Virus record (IMG/VR): IMGVR_UViG_3300028531_000001
Span: 1 to 64,000 of that record
DNA: 64,000 nucleotides
DNA from: a virus
Taxonomy: Duplodnaviria; Caudoviricetes
Strand: one strand, 5' to 3'
The notes beneath the pieces were generated by a model. The model searched no databases, was not told where the DNA came from, and saw nothing but the letters and a program-made list of their open reading frames with translations. Made by a program: the position numbers and the translations under genes. Shown piece after piece: positions 52,295 through 61,719 of the stretch (position 1 is its first letter; each line of letters opens with the position of its first letter).

Positions 52295-54894
52295 GCCGCG
52301 AACCCAGGAACAATCATCCGCTTTCCGGCAAGATGCCGCCGTCGAATGTCGCCGTCGAGGCCGAGGTGCTCGGGGCGTGCCTGATGAGCCGGGAGGCGAT
52401 CGACGAGGTAGCCGACGTGCTCAGGTCCGAGGACTTCTTCCGGGCGTGGCACGGGGAAGTCTGGTCCGCGATCAAGGGGCTCTGGTCGAAGGGCGAGCCG
52501 GTCACAATCGCGTCGGTCGCCGAAGCCCTGAAGGGCGAGGACAAGGCCGCCGACTTCGCCTCGCTGGCCGAGATCACCGCGAACACGCCGCACTCGGCGG
52601 ACGCCCGGTACAACGCCGAGATCGTGAGGCAGAAGGCGGTCGGCCGGGAATTGATTCGCTGGTCGAACGAGGTCCTTGCGGCGGCCTACGCCCAGCAGGA
52701 CACGAGCAACGCCCAGGTCCAGGACGCCCTCTCCGGTTTACTCAAGATCGCGGACCGCGGGGCGACCTCCCGGGTGTATGACGCCCCCGCGTTCATGGAG
52801 ATCGCCTGGAACGGACTCCAGGAGCGACGCCTCGGCAAGGCGACTGGGCTGAAGATCGGATTCCCCCAACTCGACGAACTGATCGGCGGGTTCGCGAATC
52901 AGCAACTGATCATCGTCGCGGCCAGGCCGGCGATGGGCAAGACCGCGTTCGCCATGCGGATTGCCGAGGCGTTCGCCGTAGACCAGGGACTCCCGACGCT
53001 GATGTTCAGCATGGAGATGGGGGTCGAGGAATTGGCGGACCGGCTGTGGAGCGGCCGCTCCCAGGTCATGGCCGACAAACTCAAGAACCCGATGTACCTG
53101 AACGACTCGGACGAAAACAGGCTCGGCAAGGCCCACCGGGACCTGGCGGATTCGGCCCTCCACATCGACGACACCGCGGCCCGGAGCGTGGAGCAGATCG
53201 CCGCGACCGCCAGGCGTCATGCCGGCCGGGGCGGGCTGAAGGCGGTGATCGTGGACTATCTGCAATTGATCGAGGAGGACTCCGATCGGTCCAGCCGGCA
53301 GGAGGAGGTCGCCCGGATCACCCGGTCGTTGAAGGCCCTCGCCAAGGAACTCAACCTGCCAGTCGTGGCGCTCTCGCAGTTGAACCGCAAGAGCGAGGAT
53401 CGCCCGGATAAGAGGCCGAAGCTGTCGGACTTACGGGAGTGCGTCACGGCCGACACGACGATTTACTGCTCGAGGACCGGTCGTATCCGGACCGTCGGCG
53501 AGTACGTCTCGTCCGGCGTCGGGCCGTCGGTCTACGGACTGGACGATCGGGCATCGTCGGGGCCGTGGAAGGTCGGGACGTCCAAGGCCGAGCCGTTCTG
53601 GTCCACCGGGGTCAAGCCCGTGTTCCGAGTCAGGACGGCCACCGGCCGGCAGATCCGCTGCACCGCGAACCATCCCCTCCGGACGATCGGCGGGTGGAAG
53701 CCCCTGGAAGAAATCCGGGTCGGCCAGCGGATCGCCTCGCCCCGATTCCTCCCCGAGCCATCGTCGGCGGCCGACCCGATGCACCGCGACGAGGCGAGGC
53801 TGCTGGGCTACCTGATCAGCGACGGCACGTATCTCCCGCAGCGGAGCGTCGGGTATGTGAAGGCCGACCCCGCGATGGTCTCCGAGGTCGAGCGGATCGC
53901 GAGGGATCGGTTCGGGATCGAGGCGAAGGACCATGCGTGCCGGGGGCCGGCGAGGCAGATCGAACTCACCCGGAGGGATTGCGGCCCCGGCGGGAACCCG
54001 GTCATCGAGTGGCTGAAGTCGCTGGGGATTCACGGCCAGAAGGGCCACCGGAAGACGATCCCGGATGCCCTGCTCTCCTCGCCGAACGAGATCGTCTCCG
54101 AGTTCATGGCCACGCTCTGGGCGGGCGACGGGTGCGTGACGAGGCGGAAGCACGGCGGGTACGCCCTGAAGTTTAGTTCCACGAGCATGCGGCTCCTGGA
54201 GCAGATGCAGATGCTCCTGCTCCGGTTCCGGATTGTCTCGGTGCTCGGCAAGCCCGGCCGCAACACGAAATCGACCCGGGACATCGCGTTGCTCTCGATC
54301 TCGGACTCGAGGCAGGTCATCCGCTTCTCGGAGCACTTCGCCCTCCCCGGCCGGAAGGGCGAGCAACTCGAGTACGCCGCCGACGAGTGCCGGATGATGG
54401 ACGAGAACTCGCACATCGACCGGATGCCCATCGAGGCCACCGCGATGATCTCGTCGGCCAAGCGGGAGGCCGGACTGTCCTGGTCGGGCCTCGGCTACCG
54501 GTGCCAGGGCAAGGAGATCCACCCCGGCCGATTCGCCGAACTGGCGGACCGGCTCGGCCACCGCGGGATGCAGTCGGTCGGGGCGGCGGACGTGCTCTGG
54601 GACAAGATCGTCTCGATCGAACCCGACGGCGAGGCCGAGACCTTCGACGTTCGGGTCCCGGGCATCCACAATTTCGTCGCCGGCGGGATCTTCGCCCACA
54701 ACAGCGGCGCGATCGAGCAGGACGCCGACAAGGTGATCCTACTCCACCGTCCCGAATACTACGACCCGACCGACATGCCCGGGACCGCCGAGGTGATCGT
54801 CGCGAAGAACCGCAGCGGGCAGACCGGGACCGTGCGGCTGAGGTGGGACAAGGAGACAACCAGATTCTCCGTCGATCCCGACGAGCAGTTCTGA
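52291..54894 (+). CDS. dnaB: Replicative DNA helicase, intein-containing
   Basis: AARPAMGKT, FSMEM, VDYLQL, LSQLNR, LRE[intein]SGAIEQDAD, KNRSG. Confidence 0.95.
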   Translation: MSREPRNNHPLSGKMPPSNVAVEAEVLGACLMSREAIDEVADVLRSEDFFRAWHGEVWSAIKGLWSKGEPVTIASVAEALKGEDKAADFASLAEITANTPHSADARYNAEIVRQKAVGRELIRWSNEVLAAAYAQQDTSNAQVQDALSGLLKIADRGATSRVYDAPAFMEIAWNGLQERRLGKATGLKIGFPQLDELIGGFANQQLIIVAARPAMGKTAFAMRIAEAFAVDQGLPTLMFSMEMGVEELADRLWSGRSQVMADKLKNPMYLNDSDENRLGKAHRDLADSALHIDDTAARSVEQIAATARRHAGRGGLKAVIVDYLQLIEEDSDRSSRQEEVARITRSLKALAKELNLPVVALSQLNRKSEDRPDKRPKLSDLRECVTADTTIYCSRTGRIRTVGEYVSSGVGPSVYGLDDRASSGPWKVGTSKAEPFWSTGVKPVFRVRTATGRQIRCTANHPLRTIGGWKPLEEIRVGQRIASPRFLPEPSSAADPMHRDEARLLGYLISDGTYLPQRSVGYVKADPAMVSEVERIARDRFGIEAKDHACRGPARQIELTRRDCGPGGNPVIEWLKSLGIHGQKGHRKTIPDALLSSPNEIVSEFMATLWAGDGCVTRRKHGGYALKFSSTSMRLLEQMQMLLLRFRIVSVLGKPGRNTKSTRDIALLSISDSRQVIRFSEHFALPGRKGEQLEYAADECRMMDENSHIDRMPIEATAMISSAKREAGLSWSGLGYRCQGKEIHPGRFAELADRLGHRGMQSVGAADVLWDKIVSIEPDGEAETFDVRVPGIHNFVAGGIFAHNSGAIEQDADKVILLHRPEYYDPTDMPGTAEVIVAKNRSGQTGTVRLRWDKETTRFSVDPDEQF
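53440..54702 (+). mobile_element. Intein (421 aa) with LAGLIDADG endonuclease in dnaB
   Basis: CVTADT...TANHP...FAHN|S; GYLISDG and LWAGDG motifs. Confidence 0.93.
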
Positions 54895-55172
54895 CCTCCT
54901 CACCCCGCACGGCCAAGGACGGCCCTCTCCGCCCCGCTGACGCGATCCCGCCGCCAAACCCGATAGATCCCGCCTCCTATCCTTCCTGACGCCGTAGCGA
55001 GCCCGCCAGGCCCCTTGGAGCGAACGCCTGATTAGGCCGAGGTGAGCAGATCTGCCCTCACCTCGCCTCACCTGCCCTGTCCTCAGGCCCGCATTCGGCC
55101 CGCCTCGCATCGACGCCGATGCCACGCGACCCCGGCGATTCCGGGGCGAAACACGATTTCCGGCCGCCCCGC

Positions 55173-55201
55173 TTGACATCGGAGGGACAAGGCGGTATTG
55201 A
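55173..55201 (+). promoter_or_regulatory. Sigma70-type promoter
   Basis: TTGACA-17 nt-TATTGA. Confidence 0.6.
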
Positions 55202-55250
55202 TTGGAGGGCGGGTAACATCTCCTCACCTCGTTATGGATCGGAAATCGAT

Positions 55251-55556
55251 ATGACCGGAGCCACGAACACGATCGCGGACCAGGCCGGCGCCATGAAACT
55301 CCTCTCCGACGAGACGCGGCTGAGGACGCTGGTCTTCCTGAAGGACGGCGAGAAGAACGTGACGGAGATCTGCGGGCACCTCGGGCAGAGCCAGCCGGCG
55401 GTGAGCCACCACCTCGCCCTGCTGCGGGTGTCGGGGCTGGTGGGGTCGCGGCGTGAGGGGAAGCACAATTATTACTCGATCCAGCGGGGCCGGTTGAAGG
55501 AGCTGACGTCGGTGATCGGGGAGATCTCGGGGCGGGCGAAGCGGAAGGGGGCGTGA
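55251..55556 (+). CDS. ArsR-family regulator (host-like)
   Basis: 'LLSDETRLRTL...NVTEIC..LGQSQPAVSHHLALLR..GLV..RREGKHNYY'. Confidence 0.9.
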   Translation: MTGATNTIADQAGAMKLLSDETRLRTLVFLKDGEKNVTEICGHLGQSQPAVSHHLALLRVSGLVGSRREGKHNYYSIQRGRLKELTSVIGEISGRAKRKGA

Positions 55557-55557
55557 C

Positions 55558-56568
55558 ATGGGAGAGGCCACCAAGATCCAGTGGGCGCACGACACGTTCA
55601 ATCCCTGGCGGGGCTGCACGAAGATCAGCGACGGATGTACCCACTGTTATGCCGACACGATGGCCAAACGGAATCCCGCCGTGCTCGGCATCTGGGGCGA
55701 CAACGGGACGCGGGTTTTCGCCAGCGAGGCGAAGTGGAAGGAACCGCTGAAGTGGAACAAGGAAGCTCGCATGGCGGGCGAACGGCGTCGCGTGTTCTGC
55801 GCCTCGATGGCCGACGTGTTCGAGGACTGGGATGGGCCCATGGTGAGCCACAAAGGCTTGCCTTACTGGTGGTGCAAAGGCTCGATCTCGAACTCCCCGA
55901 TCCCCTCGACCGGCCTCGGGGAGGGCTGCCGCCTGATGACCATGCGAGACGTGCGCGAGCACCTCTGTGAATTGGTCTGGGATACCCCGCACCTTGATTG
56001 GCTCCTCCTAACGAAGCGGATCGAGAACGCGGCCCGGTTGCTCTGGGAGATGGGTTTCATCAACTCCCCGCTGACGAATTACTGGCTCGGCACCACGACC
56101 GAGAATCAGGAGCAGGCCGACAAGCGGATCCCGATCCTGCTGAAGACCCCTGCCCCGATTCGCTGGTTGTCGATGGAGCCGCTGCTTGGCCCGGTCAATC
56201 TCAACGCTCTTAACTGCGTAGGAGAACCCGGAGAAGGGGGCGAGGAAGGTTTCTACCGCGACTGCCTGAGCGGCAGAGATTGGCATCCCGAGTGGGAATG
56301 CGGCGAGTCCTGGTCTGGCCCCTTAATCAACTGGGTGATCGTCGGCGGCGAGTCCGGCCCCAAAGCTCGCCGCTGCGACCTCGGATGGATTCGCTCGATC
56401 GTCGATCAGTGCCGGGCGGCCGGGGTTCCGGTCTTCGTCAAGCAGCTCGGCACCGTCTGGGCCCGCGAGAACGGGGCCAGGGACAACCATGGCGGCGACC
56501 CGGACGAATGGCCGAGCGATCTCCGCGTCAGAGAATTCCCCCAGCCCGTCGCATCGGAGGCCACCTGA
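55558..56568 (+). CDS. DUF5131 (phage gp37/gp68) family protein
   Basis: 'TKIQWAHDTFNPWRGCTKISDGCTHCYA', 'VFCASMADVF', 'WVIVGGESG', 'FVKQLG'. Confidence 0.9.
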   Translation: MGEATKIQWAHDTFNPWRGCTKISDGCTHCYADTMAKRNPAVLGIWGDNGTRVFASEAKWKEPLKWNKEARMAGERRRVFCASMADVFEDWDGPMVSHKGLPYWWCKGSISNSPIPSTGLGEGCRLMTMRDVREHLCELVWDTPHLDWLLLTKRIENAARLLWEMGFINSPLTNYWLGTTTENQEQADKRIPILLKTPAPIRWLSMEPLLGPVNLNALNCVGEPGEGGEEGFYRDCLSGRDWHPEWECGESWSGPLINWVIVGGESGPKARRCDLGWIRSIVDQCRAAGVPVFVKQLGTVWARENGARDNHGGDPDEWPSDLRVREFPQPVASEAT

Positions 56569-56569
56569 C

Positions 56570-56728
56570 ATGGGAGCCATGAAACGCATCTACACCGACC
56601 GCCTGTTGGGCATCGTGCGGACCGAGCCCAAGACGACCGAGCCGAAGCCGAAGCCGCCCCGCAAGGCGGAGCCGAGGAAGCCGGCCGGGGGCGAGACGAT
56701 GATGTTCCGGTTCGGGGAGGAAGGATGA
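56570..56728 (+). CDS. Small basic hypothetical protein
   Basis: 52 aa, coupled to the next gene. Confidence 0.4.
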   Translation: MGAMKRIYTDRLLGIVRTEPKTTEPKPKPPRKAEPRKPAGGETMMFRFGEEG

Positions 56729-56931
56729 GCGATCTTCCGCTATCTATCGCCGCAGTCGGGTTGATCCAGGCTGGGTTCACCCTCGTCGGAATGCTTCACT
56801 CCGTCGCCAGCAGTTCGACACCGAAGCCGAAAGTGAGCGTTCAAATCTGGCTATCGTTCCTGTTCTGGGGCCAAGTGTTCTGGATGCTCTGGTCAATCGG
56901 CTACCTCGCATATAGGGCATTCACCGCATGA
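56725..56931 (+). CDS. Two-TM small membrane protein
   Basis: Two hydrophobic stretches. Confidence 0.55.
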   Translation: MSDLPLSIAAVGLIQAGFTLVGMLHSVASSSTPKPKVSVQIWLSFLFWGQVFWMLWSIGYLAYRAFTA

Positions 56932-57362
56932 GCAAAGCCTTCGACAAGTATCGAGAGAATCCACACCTTCCCGAAACCTTCCGCCGGAGAGTCGAGGCTA
57001 TGGCGAATGGGGTGAGTCTCGAAACGGTGTGCATCCGTCTTCACGGTGCCCTGAACTCGATGCCGGAAGACCGCTTCGAGATCATGCACGACCTGTACCG
57101 CGACCTATGCAAGCGGTTGGACCTGCCCGACGACGATATCGGGGATGTTACTCGGCCGCTCCGGATCATCAAGCGGATCAAGCAGGAGGCGGGTGCGTAT
57201 CTCGCGGAGGATCGAGGCGGCCACGTCGTGGTTGTCAGGGAGCCGTTCGGACTCGACGACGAGCCTCGCGTGAAACTGTTCAAGCACCATTGGTATCTGT
57301 GCAAACTGGACGGTGAATGGTGGATCGCCGACCCCAGCACATGCGAAGGGGACACGGACTGA
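56928..57362 (+). CDS. Hypothetical protein
   Basis: 144 aa, coupled at both ends. Confidence 0.6.
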   Translation: MSKAFDKYRENPHLPETFRRRVEAMANGVSLETVCIRLHGALNSMPEDRFEIMHDLYRDLCKRLDLPDDDIGDVTRPLRIIKRIKQEAGAYLAEDRGGHVVVVREPFGLDDEPRVKLFKHHWYLCKLDGEWWIADPSTCEGDTD

Positions 57363-58450
57363 TGACCAAAGCATTCGAGATCTACATCAAGCCCGAAGAC
57401 TTCGCCGCGATGGTCCAGCGGGGCTGGCACCTGTGGTCCGGGTTCAGCGCGGAGTACGGCTGGGATGCCGGGCTGGGGATGCACCGGGTGAGGCTGGAGG
57501 AGTCTGGCAAGGACAGGCTCAATCTCCCGAACTGGTGGGAGGCCGAGCATGAGCAAGCGAGTGAGCGTATGCATGAGAAGTTAAACCGGAAGATAGCTGA
57601 GGAGGTGGCTCGGATCAAGAAAACGAGGCCCAAGCCCCCGGCTCCCGGCCCGCAGGGAGATACCGACTCCCCCCGCTGGCCCCAGTCGTTCGCCGATGGC
57701 ATCGAATCCGTGTTCCTGGGATGGCTTGATGGGCGCGATGGCTACCAAGACCTCTACGCGTTCCGGCTATCGGAAGGCGAGTCCTGGCGAGTGCTCGTAA
57801 GGTGGGGCGAGTGGACGGGCTACACGCGATCGAAGAACGTCAGGGAGATCGACAACAAGGATGCCGATCCGTCGCTCTGGGAGGCCAAGCAGCGGGCGAT
57901 TGCGAAGGGGCTGATCCCGTCCGAGACCAAGGCTGACGACGACGACGGCGAGTCCCCCCGCTGGACGACGGGCTTCACCAGCGACAACGGCATCACATTC
58001 CTCGGCCGCTATGACACCGTGGGCGGCAAGTACGACCTCTATGCATACCGCGACCACACTCCGCTCTGCGTGCTCTTTGCGAGGTTCGGCGAGGACCGCT
58101 GCGACTTCCACGCGACGACCCCCGACCAACTGAGCGGCGACAGCCACGACGCCCTGCAAGAGGCGAGGACGCGGGCCGAGGCGAGGGGACTTCTGGGTAA
58201 GCCTAGGTGGGAGCACGATTCGGCATGCTGCACGTTCCTTGGCTGCTTCAACGGACACGACCTCTATTTCTGCGACAAGGACGAGATGGGTGGTGCGGTG
58301 CTCGCCCGTTACGGAAACGAAGGCAGCAATTACAGGTCGGCGGTGCTCTTCGCTGGCATCGAGAAGAATTTGAGTATCCCCGGGCTGGCCGAAGCCTACC
58401 GCCGCGCCGTCGCCCGAGGACTGATCGAAGCACTCACCCCAACGGAGTAA
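57362..58450 (+). CDS. Protein with three tandem ~85-aa domains
   Basis: PRW...FLG...DLY...R(W/F/Y)G...L.EA..RA.A(K/R)GL three times. Confidence 0.7.
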   Translation: MTKAFEIYIKPEDFAAMVQRGWHLWSGFSAEYGWDAGLGMHRVRLEESGKDRLNLPNWWEAEHEQASERMHEKLNRKIAEEVARIKKTRPKPPAPGPQGDTDSPRWPQSFADGIESVFLGWLDGRDGYQDLYAFRLSEGESWRVLVRWGEWTGYTRSKNVREIDNKDADPSLWEAKQRAIAKGLIPSETKADDDDGESPRWTTGFTSDNGITFLGRYDTVGGKYDLYAYRDHTPLCVLFARFGEDRCDFHATTPDQLSGDSHDALQEARTRAEARGLLGKPRWEHDSACCTFLGCFNGHDLYFCDKDEMGGAVLARYGNEGSNYRSAVLFAGIEKNLSIPGLAEAYRRAVARGLIEALTPTE

Positions 58451-58454
58451 GCCA

Positions 58455-58685
58455 GTGGACGAATCCCCCATGAACTTCCTGGAAACCGTCGAGAACATCG
58501 AGCGGAAGTTCGATGCCATCGCGGCCACGCTCGTCATGATGTACGCCGGCAGTTCGGAGCTTGAGGCGAGCTTCGACATCTACTGGCAGTTCTTCGTGAA
58601 GCCCTACGTCAAGTGGGTGGAAGCCTACTCCAAACGGGCGACCGAACGCATCCTCACCCAACACGGCCTCGCCCACCTCATCTGA
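58455..58685 (+). CDS. Hypothetical protein
   Basis: 76 aa, SD GGAG. Confidence 0.5.
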   Translation: MDESPMNFLETVENIERKFDAIAATLVMMYAGSSELEASFDIYWQFFVKPYVKWVEAYSKRATERILTQHGLAHLI

Positions 58686-58698
58686 ACGGAGTAATCCT

Positions 58699-58911
58699 AT
58701 GCTCGTCCTGGCCCGAGCCGAGAGCGAACGCATCAAGATTGGCGACGACATCACCATCACCGTGACGGAGATCAACTGCCGCCGGAAGGTCGTCCGGATC
58801 GGCATCGACGCGCCGGCCCACATCCGGGTGGATCGGGAGGAAGTCCGGCGGGAGATCGACCGGGTTGCCCGCGAGAACAGCGAACAGGCCCAGGGGGACG
58901 GTGCGGCCTGA
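58699..58911 (+). CDS. csrA: Carbon storage regulator (CsrA/RsmA family)
   Basis: 'MLVLARAESERIKIGDDITITV...VRIGIDAPAHIRVDREEV'. Confidence 0.9.
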   Translation: MLVLARAESERIKIGDDITITVTEINCRRKVVRIGIDAPAHIRVDREEVRREIDRVARENSEQAQGDGAA

Positions 58912-58977
58912 GCGTCGGTCGTTGAGGTGAGGCAATGAATCATTCGCAGTTCGGTGAACATTTCCAGGGGAGACAGC

Positions 58978-59295
58978 ATGAGTGACCAGCCGATCGTCGC
59001 CGACGCATGCACGGACCACGACACCACTGAGCGGGGGCGACGCAAGGACGAGGCCCTCGCCATCCTCGACGCGGCCATTGCCGTCGCATTCCACGCGGGC
59101 CTGCCCAGCCTGGCGATCGCTAACCAGATCACGCGGACTCGGGCGGCGGTGTTCGCCTCGATCGCGGGACAGTGCCCCGGCCAGAACCTCCAGTGCCTCG
59201 AAGTCGAGACCGAGCTGGCGAAGGGGTACGGCGAGGCGGTGAAGCAGGTCATCGGGCTGTGCTCGGACGTGATCTTCGAGGAGGACGGGGCGTGA
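58978..59295 (+). CDS. Hypothetical protein
   Basis: 105 aa, GGAG upstream. Confidence 0.55.
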   Translation: MSDQPIVADACTDHDTTERGRRKDEALAILDAAIAVAFHAGLPSLAIANQITRTRAAVFASIAGQCPGQNLQCLEVETELAKGYGEAVKQVIGLCSDVIFEEDGA

Positions 59296-59657
59296 TCGAG
59301 ACTCTCGCCCAATGTGTCGACCGGGGCGTCCTATACCTCGACAACAAGCGGCCCGGCTGGCCCGGCCGGGTCGATCTCTCCACCCTCGACATGGGCAACG
59401 GGTGCTTCGACCTGCTCTCCCAGGTGGAGGGCGTCAACTACCGGCAGGCCCTCGTCCGGCTGGGGCTGAGCGACGGCGAGACGCGGGGCCGGGACGGGCG
59501 GCAGGCGTACCCCGACCTGGCGGGCATCCCCTATGGGTACATGGCCCACGCGTCGGAGCCGCCGCAAGAAGGGATCGAGCGGTTCGGGGTGGCCGAACTC
59601 AATGCGGCCTGGGCGGAACGGATCGGGCAACTGAGGGATGAAAGGAAGGTGGTGTGA
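59292..59657 (+). CDS. Hypothetical phage protein, paralog of 44226..44585
   Basis: 'GVLYLDNKRPGW...VDLSTLDM...LNAAW'. Confidence 0.6.
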   Translation: MIETLAQCVDRGVLYLDNKRPGWPGRVDLSTLDMGNGCFDLLSQVEGVNYRQALVRLGLSDGETRGRDGRQAYPDLAGIPYGYMAHASEPPQEGIERFGVAELNAAWAERIGQLRDERKVV

Positions 59658-59872
59658 TGACGGCGTACCAGTATCTGCTTTTCGTGTTCGTCGCGGCGTG
59701 CTTCTCGGCAACATTGCTCGCTCAATGGTACGCCCTTTGGGTCGTCAGGAGGGACATCGACAACCTCTCTTCTCGCGTGAACATGCTGGAGTTCATGAAC
59801 GACATGACGCCAGAGAGCAGAGAGTCCTTCGATGCGTATCGCGAAAAGTTGAAGCAGACCTATGGAGCCTGA
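59657..59872 (+). CDS. Single-TM protein
   Basis: 'YLLFVFVAACFSATLLAQWYALW' plus coiled tail. Confidence 0.55.
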   Translation: MTAYQYLLFVFVAACFSATLLAQWYALWVVRRDIDNLSSRVNMLEFMNDMTPESRESFDAYREKLKQTYGA

Positions 59873-59874
59873 CC

Positions 59875-60432
59875 ATGCCCGCCTACTCCCACGCCGACGC
59901 CGATACTATCGACCTGATCAACCGCACGATCGACGCCTACCATCCCGAGCTGGCGTCCCACGAGGTCATCGTCGCCGCCCAGATGTGCGAGCCCAGCGAG
60001 AAGGAAGCGGTCAAGGCCGAGAAGGAAGGCCGAGTCCCCCGCCCGCTCAAGCTCAACGGCTGGCCCTGCCACGCGACCGTCCGGAAGACCACCGTGCAGG
60101 AGCGGATCGGCGGGATGGCCGATGCCCTGATCACGCTGGACGCCCTGCACTGGCGGGAACTGGACTTCGCGGGCCGCATCGCCCTGCTCGACCACGAACT
60201 GACGCACCTGGAGATCGTCAGGGACAAGGAGGGGTTCCCCAAGTCCGACGACGCGGGCCGGCCGGTCTTGAAGATGCGGCTGCACGACTGGCAGCTCGGC
60301 GGCTTCCGCGAGGTGGCGGCCCGGCATGGGCAGGCGGCCCCGGAGGTGGTTTCGTTCCGCGAGGTGGCGACGGCGTATAAGGATCAACTAATGTTCGCGT
60401 TCGATCGGGTGCCGCAGGAGGTGGGGGTATGA
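59875..60432 (+). CDS. Putative phage metallopeptidase
   Basis: 'ALLDHELTH...RLHDW..GFREVAARHG'. Confidence 0.75.
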   Translation: MPAYSHADADTIDLINRTIDAYHPELASHEVIVAAQMCEPSEKEAVKAEKEGRVPRPLKLNGWPCHATVRKTTVQERIGGMADALITLDALHWRELDFAGRIALLDHELTHLEIVRDKEGFPKSDDAGRPVLKMRLHDWQLGGFREVAARHGQAAPEVVSFREVATAYKDQLMFAFDRVPQEVGV

Positions 60433-60542
60433 CACCCGACCAGGCTGACGACGCACTCACGATCATCGCCGCCCTGCTGATGTTCATCGGACTCATCATC
60501 GCAATCCATTCGATCCGGGAACGCAAGGGGACCAACGCATGA
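60429..60542 (+). CDS. Small membrane peptide (37 aa)
   Basis: MTPDQADDALTIIAALLMFIGLIIAIHSIRERKGTNA; coupled at both ends. Confidence 0.55.
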   Translation: MTPDQADDALTIIAALLMFIGLIIAIHSIRERKGTNA

Positions 60543-60892
60543 CCACCGCCACCGCAGTCGAGCCCAAGATCCACCTGCACGTCGACCGCGTCGTCCGCTG
60601 GGCACTCGCCCGCATGTTCGACTCGCCCGGCAAGTTCGGCGTCGTCAACCTCTCGCCCGAGCACGACGAGCAGTGGTCGCACGACTACGCCGCGATCGGC
60701 TTCCGCGTGATCCCGCCGGAGGGCTACCTCGACTCGCAGTCGTCGGCCTACGCCCGGCGGCGGGCGGACGGCGTCGCGGCCCACATGCTGGCGTCGTTCT
60801 ATGGGATGCCGGGGTTCGCCGTGCGGCACACCGAGCGGCAGGGGCGGTACGTGGTCGAGGTGTTCCGCGTGAAGCCGAGGGAGGCCAACTGA
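60539..60892 (+). CDS. Hypothetical protein
   Basis: 117 aa, GC3 bias. Confidence 0.55.
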   Translation: MTTATAVEPKIHLHVDRVVRWALARMFDSPGKFGVVNLSPEHDEQWSHDYAAIGFRVIPPEGYLDSQSSAYARRRADGVAAHMLASFYGMPGFAVRHTERQGRYVVEVFRVKPREAN

Positions 60893-61719
60893 TGATTGCG
60901 AAGGCGAAGACGAACACGGAGATAGTCCGCGAAGCCTACCGGGCCCTCGCCATGGAGGTGCCGACGTTCCGGTCCGGGGAGGTCGTCGGGCGGACGGGCC
61001 TGGAATCCCTGATCGTCACCAAGGTGCGCCAGGATCTCCTGAGGCGGGGCAAGATCGACCCCGCGATCTGGCTCCCGACGGTCGGCTCTCGCCCCAGGGC
61101 CGGGGCCGCGTCGCGTTCTCCCCAAATCCGCCGGCTGTTCGAGGCGTACGAGGCACTCGCGTCCGGCGGTAGCCGGTTCGACTCGCGGACGATCGTCGAA
61201 CGGACGGGGATGGAGTTCGTCTTCGTCCAGAGGATGCGATATCGCCTCCTGAAACGCGGGAAGATCGACCCGAGGCGATGGGTGTCCACGAAGGTCGAAA
61301 ATTCCGCATCGGTCGCGTTGAAGGCCGACTGCGAACGCGTGCTCGACCACCTGGACGACGCCTGCCGCCAGCGGGAGGTCCAGGTCCACGCGTACCTGCG
61401 AGGGGTACTCGGCCTGTCGGCGACCTCCCTGAGCCGGATCAGGAAGCACATGCTCGCCACCGACCAGATCCTCCCGTCGGACTGGCCGACGGGGCGGGAC
61501 CTGAGACTGAGGCCCGAGCCCGAGCCGAAGCCATCCGAGCCGGAAGAGGTCGGTTATCGCCCGACCCCCGACGAGATCGCCGCCGCGTGCGCCGAGATCC
61601 GGGCGGAGCACGAGGCGTCGGGGCGGAGGTCGAAGTCCATGGCGGCGACGTGGATGCCGAAGCTGGCTCGGATCTATCACGACGGGCGGAATCGGGGGCT
61701 GCGAGGAATGGCGGATTGA
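60892..61719 (+). CDS. Putative DNA-binding protein with three wHTH-like repeats
   Basis: 'EAY.ALA...RTG.E...R..LL.RGKIDP..W' twice plus a degenerate third copy. Confidence 0.6.
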   Translation: MIAKAKTNTEIVREAYRALAMEVPTFRSGEVVGRTGLESLIVTKVRQDLLRRGKIDPAIWLPTVGSRPRAGAASRSPQIRRLFEAYEALASGGSRFDSRTIVERTGMEFVFVQRMRYRLLKRGKIDPRRWVSTKVENSASVALKADCERVLDHLDDACRQREVQVHAYLRGVLGLSATSLSRIRKHMLATDQILPSDWPTGRDLRLRPEPEPKPSEPEEVGYRPTPDEIAAACAEIRAEHEASGRRSKSMAATWMPKLARIYHDGRNRGLRGMAD

